Of a DNA stretch of 56,444 bases, positions 1-11,300 are shown piece after piece (position 1 is the stretch's first letter; the number at the start of each line of letters is the position of its first letter). Location: IMG/VR virus record IMGVR_UViG_3300045557_000058, positions 1-56,444 of that record; one strand, given 5' to 3'. The DNA comes from a virus (taxonomy: Duplodnaviria > Caudoviricetes). The notes below the pieces were generated by a model. That model saw only the letters and a list, made by a program, of their open reading frames with translations. It was not told the DNA's origin and did no database searches. The translations under genes were made by a program, and so were the position numbers.

Positions 1-513
1 TTAAAATCGGCCCATGATTCCGGCATTGATCTCATAGCCGCCGCTGTGCTTTATCCCGCCAAGCACAAATACGGCGTCTTTTTGCACAATTATTCCTGCC
101 GATTCAGTGCCGGCGTAGGCGCCTATCCCCCATCGTTTATTTGCCTGTTTTTCCAACTTCGCCAATAAGGATTTTAGTTCGTCGATTAATTTCTGCTGAC
201 TCAGCAAGTCCTTTTTCATCTGCGCGATTATTTCGTTCGAGAGAATCAGCATACTCTCTGACTTCTCCAAGCTGGATTTCAAGCTCTTGACTGTATTTTC
301 GGCTTCGGTTATTTTCTTCTGTAAGCCCAAAATTAAGCTGTTCGAGTTTATCCCGCGCTGCTGTAAGTCGTTGGTTATTTGCGTTTGCCTCGTCGAGAGC
401 GATTGCCATTCGTTGTATTGTTCCTGCGTCATTGTGTAAGTAGCCGCGCAGCCAATACCCGAACCCAACAAGCAGAACGACAGCAATAGCAATAACAATA
501 TTTTTTTGCCCAT
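1..513 (-). CDS. Exported coiled-coil protein with C-terminal beta-strand anchor; putative outer-membrane spanin component
   Basis: N-terminal signal (MGKKILLLLLLSFCLLGSGIGCAA), long heptad region, Gly/aromatic-rich C-terminus ending in Phe; last gene of lysis cassette. Confidence 0.6.
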   Translation of the reverse strand: MGKKILLLLLLSFCLLGSGIGCAATYTMTQEQYNEWQSLSTRQTQITNDLQQRGINSNSLILGLQKKITEAENTVKSLKSSLEKSESMLILSNEIIAQMKKDLLSQQKLIDELKSLLAKLEKQANKRWGIGAYAGTESAGIIVQKDAVFVLGGIKHSGGYEINAGIMGRF

Positions 514-520
514 TACTCAT
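137..520 (-). CDS. Putative inner-membrane spanin (Rz-like)
   Basis: Single N-terminal TM (IVIAIAVVLLVGFGYWL) plus coiled coil; SD GAGGTG upstream; ATGA overlap with upstream ORF; overlaps partner ORF in another frame. Confidence 0.6.
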   Translation of the reverse strand: MSNGQKNIVIAIAVVLLVGFGYWLRGYLHNDAGTIQRMAIALDEANANNQRLTAARDKLEQLNFGLTEENNRSRKYSQELEIQLGEVREYADSLERNNRADEKGLAESAEINRRTKILIGEVGKTGK

Positions 521-759
521 TTCACCTCACCCCTCTTAATTTCATCTGTCAAACTGTATCCGCAATTGGTACAAAAGCATTGCTCGGCGCCGGTAGTTTT
601 TGCAGTATACCAATTAAGATATTTGGTATTGCATCCGGGGCAGTTACTTCCTCGTACAGGTAATTCCCGCACCCCTGACTGCAGCCGTAAGTTACTATCC
701 CCCGGCTGTTTGTTTTGATCACCATCGACGCACGGCAAAATAGGCATGTTATTTCGCAT
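517..759 (-). CDS. Small zinc-ribbon protein (possibly frameshifted half of a double Zn-ribbon)
   Basis: CPGC...CTNC motif; fills gap between endolysin and spanin-like genes; alternative start at 747. Confidence 0.5.
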   Translation of the reverse strand: MRNNMPILPCVDGDQNKQPGDSNLRLQSGVRELPVRGSNCPGCNTKYLNWYTAKTTGAEQCFCTNCGYSLTDEIKRGEVK

Positions 760-1318
760 CCCAAACCGCTAGCCCCCATTCGTCAATAATATCCAATACC
801 TTTTGGGCGTAACGTGGATCCGTGGCATATCTATGTGCAACGGACCTGATTTGTGATTCAGGCGTACTGGCGTCCAGCTCGGGATAGACGCGGGCGCCGC
901 TTTTCTCGTAGACACGAAAAAACTGCTGACAATAACCATGAACCGCTGCTCGTAAATCGGGATACATTTGAAACCAATGTTTTTCAGTTCTGCACATGCC
1001 GTAACGATATTCCGGTGTTTTGATTTCAAGGCATGGCAACTGCAGGCATTTCCTGCCGAAATAATTGTTTGCATAAACAGCCAGTATCGACGTTCCCCAG
1101 CCTGACTCTAAAGCCGCCTGTGCGATAAACACAGACGGCCAAAGCCCGTAACCAGGAACAATCTCTTGTGCGACCGGACCCATTTTGTCGATAAAGTCTT
1201 GCTGCGGGGAGGCGTTGGCAACCGAGAAGAACGAAACCAACGCCATAATCGCAAGGGCAATCAATAGAGGGATTACAATGTTTTTGTGCTGTGACGGTTT
1301 GATTAACATGTTTCCCAC
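749..1318 (-). CDS. Glucosaminidase/FlgJ-like (GH73) endolysin with N-terminal signal or TM segment
   Basis: AQAALESGWG, NNYFG, YATDPRY motifs; hydrophobic N-terminus ending ANA. Confidence 0.88.
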   Translation of the reverse strand: MGNMLIKPSQHKNIVIPLLIALAIMALVSFFSVANASPQQDFIDKMGPVAQEIVPGYGLWPSVFIAQAALESGWGTSILAVYANNYFGRKCLQLPCLEIKTPEYRYGMCRTEKHWFQMYPDLRAAVHGYCQQFFRVYEKSGARVYPELDASTPESQIRSVAHRYATDPRYAQKVLDIIDEWGLAVWDAK

Positions 1319-1836
1319 CCCATTTGATTAGCATAGGCTTGCGCAGCCGCCCGGAGTTGATCGCCGCCAGTGCCAGGTACGTCGCCGTTGCGCAAAAACC
1401 ACAAATCCCACCGCGTTTCCGGATCTCCGCTGCCGGGACCGTAGCCGTCGATCGTTGCCATTTCCTCATGAGTGGGTGCGTGCTCCCTGTCAATCGGCCA
1501 GCCCATGCCGGAACATACAGCTGCAATAATTTGCGCCTGCCTCTCGATTTGAATTTCTGTCGGGGCTTCCGGTCCGAGGTCTTGCGTATTTCCCTGGTAG
1601 CAGCAGCAGATTGCTGCTCCTATACTGTCAGAGTTGCGGCGCCAGCAATGGGCCTCCACATCGCTCAAAATCAGATTCGGCATTACGATAGTTCCATCCC
1701 CGAGATTGTTGATATCGTAATCGGCGAATGGCTGATTATGATGGCCTGCGGACCAGTGGCTTATAATTCGTATCAGTCCACTATTCCGCTCCGCTGCGGC
1801 CAGTTGGCGAAGTTCTTCCAATGTTACCTGTTGCAT
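1303..1836 (-). CDS. N-acetylmuramoyl-L-alanine amidase-like endolysin
   Basis: HWSAG, AHCWRRNSDSIG, THEE motifs of Amidase_2-like enzymes; in lysis cassette. Confidence 0.75.
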   Translation of the reverse strand: MQQVTLEELRQLAAAERNSGLIRIISHWSAGHHNQPFADYDINNLGDGTIVMPNLILSDVEAHCWRRNSDSIGAAICCCYQGNTQDLGPEAPTEIQIERQAQIIAAVCSGMGWPIDREHAPTHEEMATIDGYGPGSGDPETRWDLWFLRNGDVPGTGGDQLRAAAQAYANQMGWETC

Positions 1837-2098
1837 TGTTCATTCCTCCACATTGCAAAAATGTTGGCATTTGTCCCTGATTAGTATTGAAACGTGAATC
1901 GGTATAATACTTGGCCAGAATTGCAAGGGAACCGCTGGCCAGCGCTGCAATACCTGCCCAAATCGCGTTTAAATCAAATTTATATCCTGCTAAAGCGTTT
2001 GCAAAATAGCCGATCAAAAAGCAAATGAAAAGGATCGTAACCATAATGATTACGATCCCTGGCCACGCTTCGCAGATTAACTGCAGCGTTTTTTTCAT
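1781..2098 (-). CDS. Putative holin (2 TM)
   Basis: Two hydrophobic helices, directly upstream of endolysin. Confidence 0.65.
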   Translation of the reverse strand: MKKTLQLICEAWPGIVIIMVTILFICFLIGYFANALAGYKFDLNAIWAGIAALASGSLAILAKYYTDSRFNTNQGQMPTFLQCGGMNNATGNIGRTSPTGRSGAE

Positions 2099-2106
2099 AT
2101 GAACTC

Positions 2107-2370
2107 CTAACTACCGCCCCGCCCCTGAAACAATGACAGGAATTTGTCAACAATCCATCCCGCTGCGCCTCCGATAGCTCCAGCGGTGATGTAAATTCCA
2201 TCAATGCGGCGATGCGCCGATTTGGAACTTGCTTCGATTGTTGCGATTTTTATTCCTTGCTCCCTGATATCATCGCAATGATCGGCAACAGTTTTCATCG
2301 TTGCATCCTGCTTTGTTTCAATTCTGGCAAGGCGGTCTATTACTTCTTTCTGAAAATCATGTTCTGGCAT
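2107..2370 (-). CDS. XhlA/hemolysin-like lysis protein (holin-like)
   Basis: RLARIETKQD coiled coil, KSAHRRID motif, C-terminal hydrophobic segment. Confidence 0.7.
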   Translation of the reverse strand: MPEHDFQKEVIDRLARIETKQDATMKTVADHCDDIREQGIKIATIEASSKSAHRRIDGIYITAGAIGGAAGWIVDKFLSLFQGRGGS

Positions 2371-2383
2371 GGTGGTTATCTCC

Positions 2384-5300
2384 TTAAAAGAAATTTTGTT
2401 TTTTGGGCTTTTTCTCCGATGGAAGATCGACGCCTTTTAGTTTCACGTCAATGACGCCTTTTTTGGTAACTGACAACGTACCACCACTACGAGCAATCAC
2501 CATATCGAAATACTGCTGCCCCATTGCCATTTTGCGACGATCTTCCGGGTTGAGCGATGCAAGAAACTCTTTACGCTCGGAAACCTTGAGCCCGGCTGTC
2601 GGGTTCATCGACTCCATGCTGCGCTCTATCCCTTCCTTTGTACCGCCGGCAAGTTTGTATTGTTCAAGATACTTCACCGCCGCCTGCTCATCCTGGTAGC
2701 GTAACGCCTCTTTATAGTTGCGCAGCGCCTCGGATTTTGGCGAATTGAAAAACCCTTCGCCTTTTCCTTTGCTTTCCATGAATCGCTGTTTTGTTCCCAT
2801 GAATGAATAATAAGCAGCTTGAAGCGGATCCGACTTCTTGACAACACTCCAATCAATCAGGGAATAGCCTCGGCTCGGCAAACCAAATACCGATCGATAT
2901 TCATTACCGAGCGCAATTGAGCTGGCAAGGTACAACCCTTTATCGCGTATCGGTCTTGGCTTTCTCCAATCAGGGAATACACTTTCCCCGTATATCATTT
3001 CCGCTGCTACTTTAAAATACGGAGTTATGCCGGACAGAACAATGTTAGTCGGGGCCGCTGCCATGTCAGCGGCAATTTCTTTGAGCGATTTACGGCCGGA
3101 TAACCATGCGTCATAGTGCTGCATCGGAGTATCAAGAGACACCCATCCGAGCAAATCAGCAAGAGCTCCACTTGCTTTAGCATAGCGAACCTTGCCGTCT
3201 TGATCGCGGCCTAGAATGATGTGCATTTTATATTTAACACCATCCTCTAAGTCGCGTTCTTCCTCAGGCCACATCCACCAGTTATATGTTTGAATGAGCG
3301 CCCAAAGAAACGTTGCTTTAACCATGAACGCCCCGGCCTTTACCGCCGCAAAAGGAGCCCTGCGAAGTGCTTGCCCTCCAATTGCACCAGCAACGTCCTG
3401 CGCTGTACTGCTGTCTACCGTGGCATTTCTGATCATTTGAGCATACCTGGTAGCGTTGACCTCTTTCCATGACCAAAACGGCCATATAAACGAACGCATA
3501 TCGCGGCCCATTTCGGAAATAGAATCATACGCCCCAAGCAGTTCGTTTGACAGCTTAAATGCTCTATCGTATCGATTATCCAGTGCCATTACTGACGCCG
3601 GATCACTGGCGCCAAACTCGTTCGGAACCCCGGACCCTTCCATTTGTTCAACATAGTCAAGGAATTTTGCGTAGCGCATAATAGCCTCGCGGAAGTCCGT
3701 TGCCTTTCGAGCTCCTTGCCAGTACGTCTGCCATACCTTAAACGGCAGCTTGGAAAGTTTTTTCTCTCTTTCCATCAATCGATCGAACGTAGCTAGTTGG
3801 TTAACCTTGCCTGCTTCCTGTGTTTGCAACAATGTTTCAAACCCACCACGATTGAACCATTCTTGCATGTGCGGCGACATTTCTTTTCCGCGATAGAATA
3901 CTCCATAGAGTTCGCGGGCCGCCGTCATGGTTTTCTTCATGGCTTTTGTTCCTTGCGCGGCAATTACCGCGTCAAGATCGCCAACCATGTTATTGAAGTT
4001 GTACGATAGGAAGCGATTCGGCATTTGCAGCACAGCTTGCTTCCATTTCCCCTGCAATTTTGTCAGGCCGTTCAATACCCAACTGCGATAAGCATGTGCA
4101 GGGACAATTTCCTCCAGAGTAGAGGCGACCTCCACAGGGACCACCATTTCCTTGCGACGACCGCCTTGCAGAATGGCACGCCGAATTTGATTTGCCGGGA
4201 TGCCAAGCTCACTAACCGCCTTATCAGCGATTCCCTGGGCAATGTGCTCCGGAATTGTATATCCGGTATAGAAGATATTTCCTTCTCTTGGCTGCCATGT
4301 TTCGTATCCTTCCGGAACTAGATCGCGCCAAGAAAGATGCTCGTCCCCCAATCGCTCCTTGATCGCCGCGGCCTTTTCCCTTAATCCCTTAAACATGAGC
4401 CCGGCTGTCATTTTGCCGGCTTCGTTATCGGTGTGCATTACCCACGACAGATAAGCGAAAAGCCTGTTTTTGGGTAGATCAAGCTGCTCTTGGCTTTCAT
4501 GTGAAACGATCAGAGCTTCCAAAACGTCGTTGAATTTACCATTGTTCGGCAGTTCATCGTTATAGGCAAGTTCGGCGAGTCTATTCATGGCCATTGCTTG
4601 CTTCTTGGAAAGCTGATTCCATGATTTTATCCCTTCGATTTCGCCCTGTTCATCAATCAACGACTTAATAGTGTTGTGCTCATTGGATGCTGTTGCAATT
4701 CGCTGCAGATCGCTTTGAATATCGTACTTGTCCGATACCATCTTGATCACTTTGGCGATTTCAACGTCATACATCATTTGCCCCATGACTTCCATTTCCG
4801 GCTGCAAGTAGTCAGTTAAGATATTTTTCGTCGAGCCTTCGCGAGACTTCAAAAATCCTCTGTAACTTGGCGTCCTGATTTGAGTACCCAAGACAGGATC
4901 AAGACGCTTTTTCAGCTCGGCATAATCCAGAACGATATGGTGAAAATAGGTGTCACCTTTTTTCAATCGATCTTCGACATCAAATCCAATCGCCTTCATA
5001 GAATTTGCATACTTCTCTTTGAAGTCATTCCAAACTTGCTTTCGCGTATCCAAAGCCTGCTGAATCTCCGGTGTAACTGCTGCATTGACGGCATCATATT
5101 GTGATTGGAAATTGTCTTTCGTCAACCCAAATGGCAGATCATATTCGGGGCTTTCTGCCAGGTCAGCTGCCAGATCGTCAAACACAACTTTGTGCGAAAA
5201 GATTTGATAGTCTTTTTTGTTTTTAAGAGTTGAAACGATTTCCCGAATTGCTTTTACCGTTGTGTCAGTAGCAACTCCTTTTTTATGCTCGAGCTGCGTC

Positions 5301-8300
5301 AGCCCAAACTCCAACGGAGCAAATTCAGCGCTTCTTGGTAACGTGGAATATTTGCGCGAAGCATACGCCCAAAAACGCTTCAAGCTGTCTCGCAGTTTTT
5401 CGCCGGTTGGAATCTCCGGAACTTCCGATGATTGTTCAAACTCGAAAGCGACACCGCGATCCATCCCTGGAATTACCGGTTCAAACGATTCAGGAACTTC
5501 CCTTTTAACCGTTTCTGGCTTAACAAGTATTTTTGTTCCCCGACCGGTATCCCGAGATATCCAGCCGCTTTCGACTAGCTGCTCAACGGTTTTCTTTCCG
5601 CCGGCGTCTGCGTCGGCAGGAATCACAACCGTACTTGCCTCGATTCTTTGACCACCAAGACGAATGGCGCCGCGATTATTGTTTACTGTTTTTTTGACTT
5701 CACGCCAAACTTTTACCATTAAATGCTGAAACTTGCTCCACAAATCTCCGAGCACTTCCCGCATTTTCTGCATCCATTTTCCGCCGTTGGTGATCCCGGA
5801 TTCGTAGGCGGCGCGGCCAATCCTGACTAAATCACGCATTGCTTCTGGCGCTGTCATGTCATTGTGCTTAGAAAGCGCTGGAATTAAATGTGCGATATTA
5901 GCCGGGAATGAATACAAGACATTCGCATTACTACCGTCAAACGTGCCTCGATTGTTGATTGATTTGATTTGGGTTGGATCAAATGAAACGTACATTGTGC
6001 GAGGTTCCCCGGAATCGTCGTCGAGTGCGTTTTCAATAATCGCCCCGTCATGCCCATCGATAAAAGCTTTTTTTAGCTCCTGCTCAATCGTTACCCCGCC
6101 ATCATTTTTGTCAGTTATATATACCGGGTCTTTAATATCCAAATAGACCGGCATAACAACGGACTTACCGGTAATTATCTTTGCATTGTCGGCCCAATAC
6201 CTTGCGTGTTCTTCGTCTTGTGCAAAAAAGAATCCATAATCTGTACCCGTCCCTCTCCCGGAAGAAGAACCAAGCAACGAATCTAAAAACTCCGTGAACT
6301 CTTCTCCCGTCCCGTGATACACAATAAGCGGTTTTTTGTTGCTTCCAACCACTGCCGACGCCCTATCGTAGCCTGGATTATTGACGTGCTTCAGCAGTTC
6401 TGATACAGTAATGGTAGAACCTCTACTGTTGGGCAGATTATTCTGTCCTCGGGCCGGTCCTTGCGACTGGCTTACCGCTGATGACTGGACTTGGGCGCTC
6501 GCCGCCCATCCTTTCTGCGGAGTAGAGGGTTTTATTTTTATTGCCTCAAGGTAATATGGTTTTGCGCCTTGCGGTGTTTCTCTGACGCGAAGTTCCGCAA
6601 CGTACGGGTCGGACCCGATGTTTATTGGAGCGTACATTACGTGAACAAACGGAATCTGCTCGTTGTCGTGTTTATTGGTTTCCGTGGAATGAAGTATCGC
6701 GTTTTCGACAACATCACGCAAAGAGACGACAGATTGAATCGTTGGCAGGTCGTAGTGCTTGACTGCGTAGTGCGTCGTTTCGCTGATTGTTTTGTTGGAT
6801 ATTTCAAGCACCCATCCCGTGTCTTTATTGGCAACCGAGCCTTTTACGCTTCGCCTTGCCCATTCTCCGATGGCGGCGGCGGCGGTAGCAATATTCTTTG
6901 ATCTAGTAACTTCCATTCCGGTAATTTCGATTACTGGCACGGGAGTTTTTTCATTTTGTCGCCAATCGCCAAACCATGCTCTGAAAAACGGGGACTTCTC
7001 ACCAACGCTTTGCCAGTAATGATTTGCCCAGTGTTGAACCCACGGTTCTTGCAGCATTTTGCTGGACATTTTTGCAACAGAAACATGTTGCGTTCCGGAA
7101 GGGGCTGGCGCAAATATTCTCGTAGCTCCGGCATTATCTTTTGCGACTCGCTTGACTTCGTTCCATACCTTGCCCATAACGTTTTTGGCCTTGCCCCACA
7201 AATCGCCCAGCAACTCTTTCATTCTGGCCATCCATTTGCCGCCGTGCGATGTTTCTGCATATACTTTGCGGCCAATAGCAACAAGATCATTGAACGCTTC
7301 CTTGACGGTCATATCGGAGTATTTGCGAAGCCCGGGGATAAGACGGAACGGGTCGACGCCGGAGCTAAGTTGCGACAGCATCGCGCTTGCTTCTGTCCGG
7401 TTCACGTCGGCTACAGGATAGCTATCGAACAGATTATTAAGCGTCGTTTCGCCGTCTTTGCCGACAGGAACGAAATACCTGGTCACGTAATTTACGCGCT
7501 CAGTAAATACGCCTGCCCTTCTAACGATATGGTCGAAGCGCGGCAAGTCATATTTCGGGCTTGTCAGTTCAATACGGTAATCACCAGACACCCTTGCCCT
7601 GCTCAATCTCCATCCATTTGCCAGTGTTACAGTCGATGCGTTATCAATGATCTCCGTTATGGCATCTGCAGGGGATACTGTTGACGTTTCCTTGTCGACG
7701 CCAAGACGGGATAATACGTTGTTGATATCTTTGTCATTAATTCTCCGGCCAAGATACCGGCTGCCGTCTACCGTCTGGACACGAACAACCCTGTTTGTCG
7801 TTTCGGGTAGTCTGTCCCATATTGGCAGTATGGCGCCGGTAATAAGGTGGATTGTTTCGTCGATATATTCCGGGGTTTCGCTATAGGCTTTTTCCCACTG
7901 TGTTGCCGCTTCGTCCGGATCGAGCTTTACCCAATTTGAGTTCTTCTCAAATTCGGCTTTAGTTACTTCGTTCGTCTGCGTGATCGACGGGCCACGCAAC
8001 CGAACAGCAGCCTCAACACTACCGCTGCTATAAGTTCTATTTCCAGCATCGAAAGCAGCCCAGACCTTTCCACTCTTGGCGTTTTGGAAAATGCCGATGA
8101 AGTTTTTCTGCGCCGTTGCGTCGCCGTGCGTCATGCGTTTATTTTTATGTTTGGCAATCAGTTTGGCGTATTTCGTTTCGGCTCCGCCCTTTGCGGTGTG
8201 AACGATTCTCTCTGATTCCAGTTCAACTTTGTCGGCACGGAAGTTTTGCAGACCCGTTTCATAAGTTCCGCTAGCAATTGCAGCATCGATATTGCGCACC

Positions 8301-11300
8301 ATTCTTTCATGGAACGCGTTAAACACGGTGTTCTGATCTTCCTTTTCCAGTGACAGTATCCGGTTAAGGAATTTGTTTATATCGCGGAGCTCGTCAGTCT
8401 GCTTTAGGCTTCCCTTGTCGTCGAGAATCTTGGAAAGGCCCATTTTAGCGAGAATATCCTTTGCATCTAGCCCCGGAACATTCCCTCTAATCAAGTCAGT
8501 ATAGAATTTTTCCATAGCGTCGAACGCATAGAAGCCTTCCAGGTTATCCGTGTCCTTGAACATACCTTGACCGCCAGTTTGTCGCTGCCCTCTGGTAAGG
8601 GCTCCGAGCTGATCAAGCCGCCGTGCGATCGAGGAGACGAATCTCTTTTGCCCCATAAGGTCAGTAGTAACCAGCACATAATGCGGCGCCGATACCTGAT
8701 TTGTTCTGTGGGTGCGGCCAAAACCCTGAATAGCTTTATCCGCTCTCCAACCGGGCTGCAGCAAATAGTGAACGCGCCTGTTTTGATTTTTAAAGTTGCG
8801 ATCAGCGTGATAGCTGCGTCCAGTTCCGCCGGCATCGGAGAAAACAAGAATTGGCTTCTTGCCGTTGATAAACAAGTCGGCGTCGGCCTCCGCGATCACC
8901 TTGCCGCGCCGCTGCTCTACCATTTTTGTTTGACCGGTTTTATCAGCGACGCGAACAAAGCGGCGGCTTCTGCCGGTAACTTCGGCAACCTTTTCATCAC
9001 CAAAAGTATTCAATAGAATTTCGAGAGGTCCGTCCGGAACGCGAATTGATCCGAGTTCGTCAAGGAGTCTTTCTCGCAGCGCGACAGCTTCCTTACTGAC
9101 AACCGGATTTCCTTTCGAGTCAAAGACAGGCCGCGTTCTCATGTTTCTGTTTTCATCCATGTACTGCTCAAACACTTGAACAGGGAAGGATTTTTCAAGG
9201 AAGTTCATCAACGCCTCTCTTGGCGTCAAATCCAAGTCCTCTAATGTTTCGTTTTCTTCCAGCTGCGCTGCCTTGCGGTTCGTTTCGGCCTCGTTTGTAT
9301 TCACCAGCTGCAGCACAACCGAATTGCCGTCTTTGATATCTTTCGATATCGATTCAATAACTGACGGCATTTGCATGGACGTAATGACCTGGTTAAAGAA
9401 CCGCTGATTTGCGCCCCAGAACGCCGACATAATCCGGCCTTTTGCCATGCCGTTTTTACTACCGGAAGATTTGTTTTCCATTCCGGTTATTTCTACGGCC
9501 TTTTCGATATTCTGCAACACAATTTGCCACGCGTTGGCCAGTTTGTTGTAGATATCGGTTTGCTCCAGTGTGAGCTTATGTTCCAGCGTTCCATAGGTAA
9601 CACCATCATAAGACAAAGAACGTTGGATATAACTACCCAACGCCTTCATATCTCTGGCGACAAGTTCCATTGCGGCAAGCCCGCCGCTCTCAATGCTGGA
9701 AATGAAATGATCACGCGAAGCAAAAGGAGTGCCTTCGCCCCATAATCCGAGGCGTTCCATGTACGACAGGTTTGATACTTTTGTCGCACCGGTCGCCGAG
9801 ACATAAAGAATCCGCGCTTTGGGCAGCATTTTTTGCAATTCAATACCGGCAAGCCCCGTTTGCGACGCGTTCTTTGTCCCTCTGGCGCCCTTTTCGCTGA
9901 CGGCGTTTTGCATGTTGTGCGCTTCATCAAAGACAACAACACCGTCAAAGTCAGGTCCGAGCCACTTGGCAATTTGTTCGAGCCGGGATTCCTTGCCTTC
10001 CTTCTTTTTAATTCCACCATCCGGAGCAACTTCTGCGCCGATGGTGAGAAGTTTGTAAGTGGAAAACAGGATACCGGTTTTTTGTTTGATATCACCCTTG
10101 ATTTTAGCCAATTCAAAAACGTCCTCTTTATCCTGCCCGATGCCGGACCAATCGCGCCTTGCATCGATATAGAGAGAGGGCTTTTCTGAAACCCAAACCG
10201 CCTTTTTGCGTCCGTGGCCGAAGTTGTCCAAGATTATGCCGGAAATTTCACGGCCCTTGCCAACACCGGTGCCGTCGCCGATCATGAAACCTTTTCGTAG
10301 TCCGCTCGGCAAAATCTGTTCATGAGCCTGTCCTGCGTATACGATTGACTCTAACTGTGCTTCGGACAACAACCCATTATCAATAACAGACTTTGGCAGT
10401 TTTGGGGCGTATGTTGGTAACGGCGGCTCTACAGAAGCCATTGCTGCGCTCTGGACAAGTGGCGACGGATGTTTTTTCGCCCCAGGAATCGAAAGGCGCT
10501 GCGGCTTGTACGAATCGTAAATGCTATCCGTAAGCTCGCCTTTTTGTTTCTCCTGATCTTTAGTTACAACGCCCAAAGAAATAGGGGCCGCTTCCGCGTC
10601 CCCTACCAGCGTTCCGCCATGTATAGGTTTAGACTGTCCAGCAGCTCTGTCGCCGCCTGGTTGATCGTCTTTCCCTTTAGCCTGTCCTTGTCCACGTTTA
10701 GTGTTTTCATTATGGCCTCGGGTTCCCACGTTGTCAGTGCTTCCAGCTGTCCCGATATGTCCCTGTTTCGGTTTGGGTTGATTCTCAGGTCGTTCAGTCC
10801 GTATTCCATCAGACTGACTATCCCCAACATCGACATGTCCGGGCTGACGCCGGCTTTCGTCAGGAGTTTGATTGCGTCCCGATTCGCCCCGGCCTTGTTC
10901 ATCCAATCTATTTTCTGCCAATCTTGCATTTCTAATCGCCCCCAACATGTCTAGTGCGTCAATTACGTCGTTGTATGATGCGGTCTGCGTTTGCGTTGTC
11001 GGTCCGGTTTTGTCGATCACAATAATCCGATTATCAAACGTGGTGCCGTACTTGACGTATTTTTCGCCAGACAATGCGATATTTGCGCGAACGTTGTACT
11101 TACCTTTGACCTGTTTCCACCATTCGGCGTGAGCAGCCGTTTCTCCCAGCCCTTCACCGACAACGGCAACAAGCCGGCCTCCGTCATTGAGCCGCGAAAG
11201 TGCTTGGTCCAGGTGACGATATACATTCGCGGTTTTCCTCTCCCCGGCTACCCGTCCGGCCGTAGAAGAAAATGGAGGGTTCATAATTATTATATCAGGT

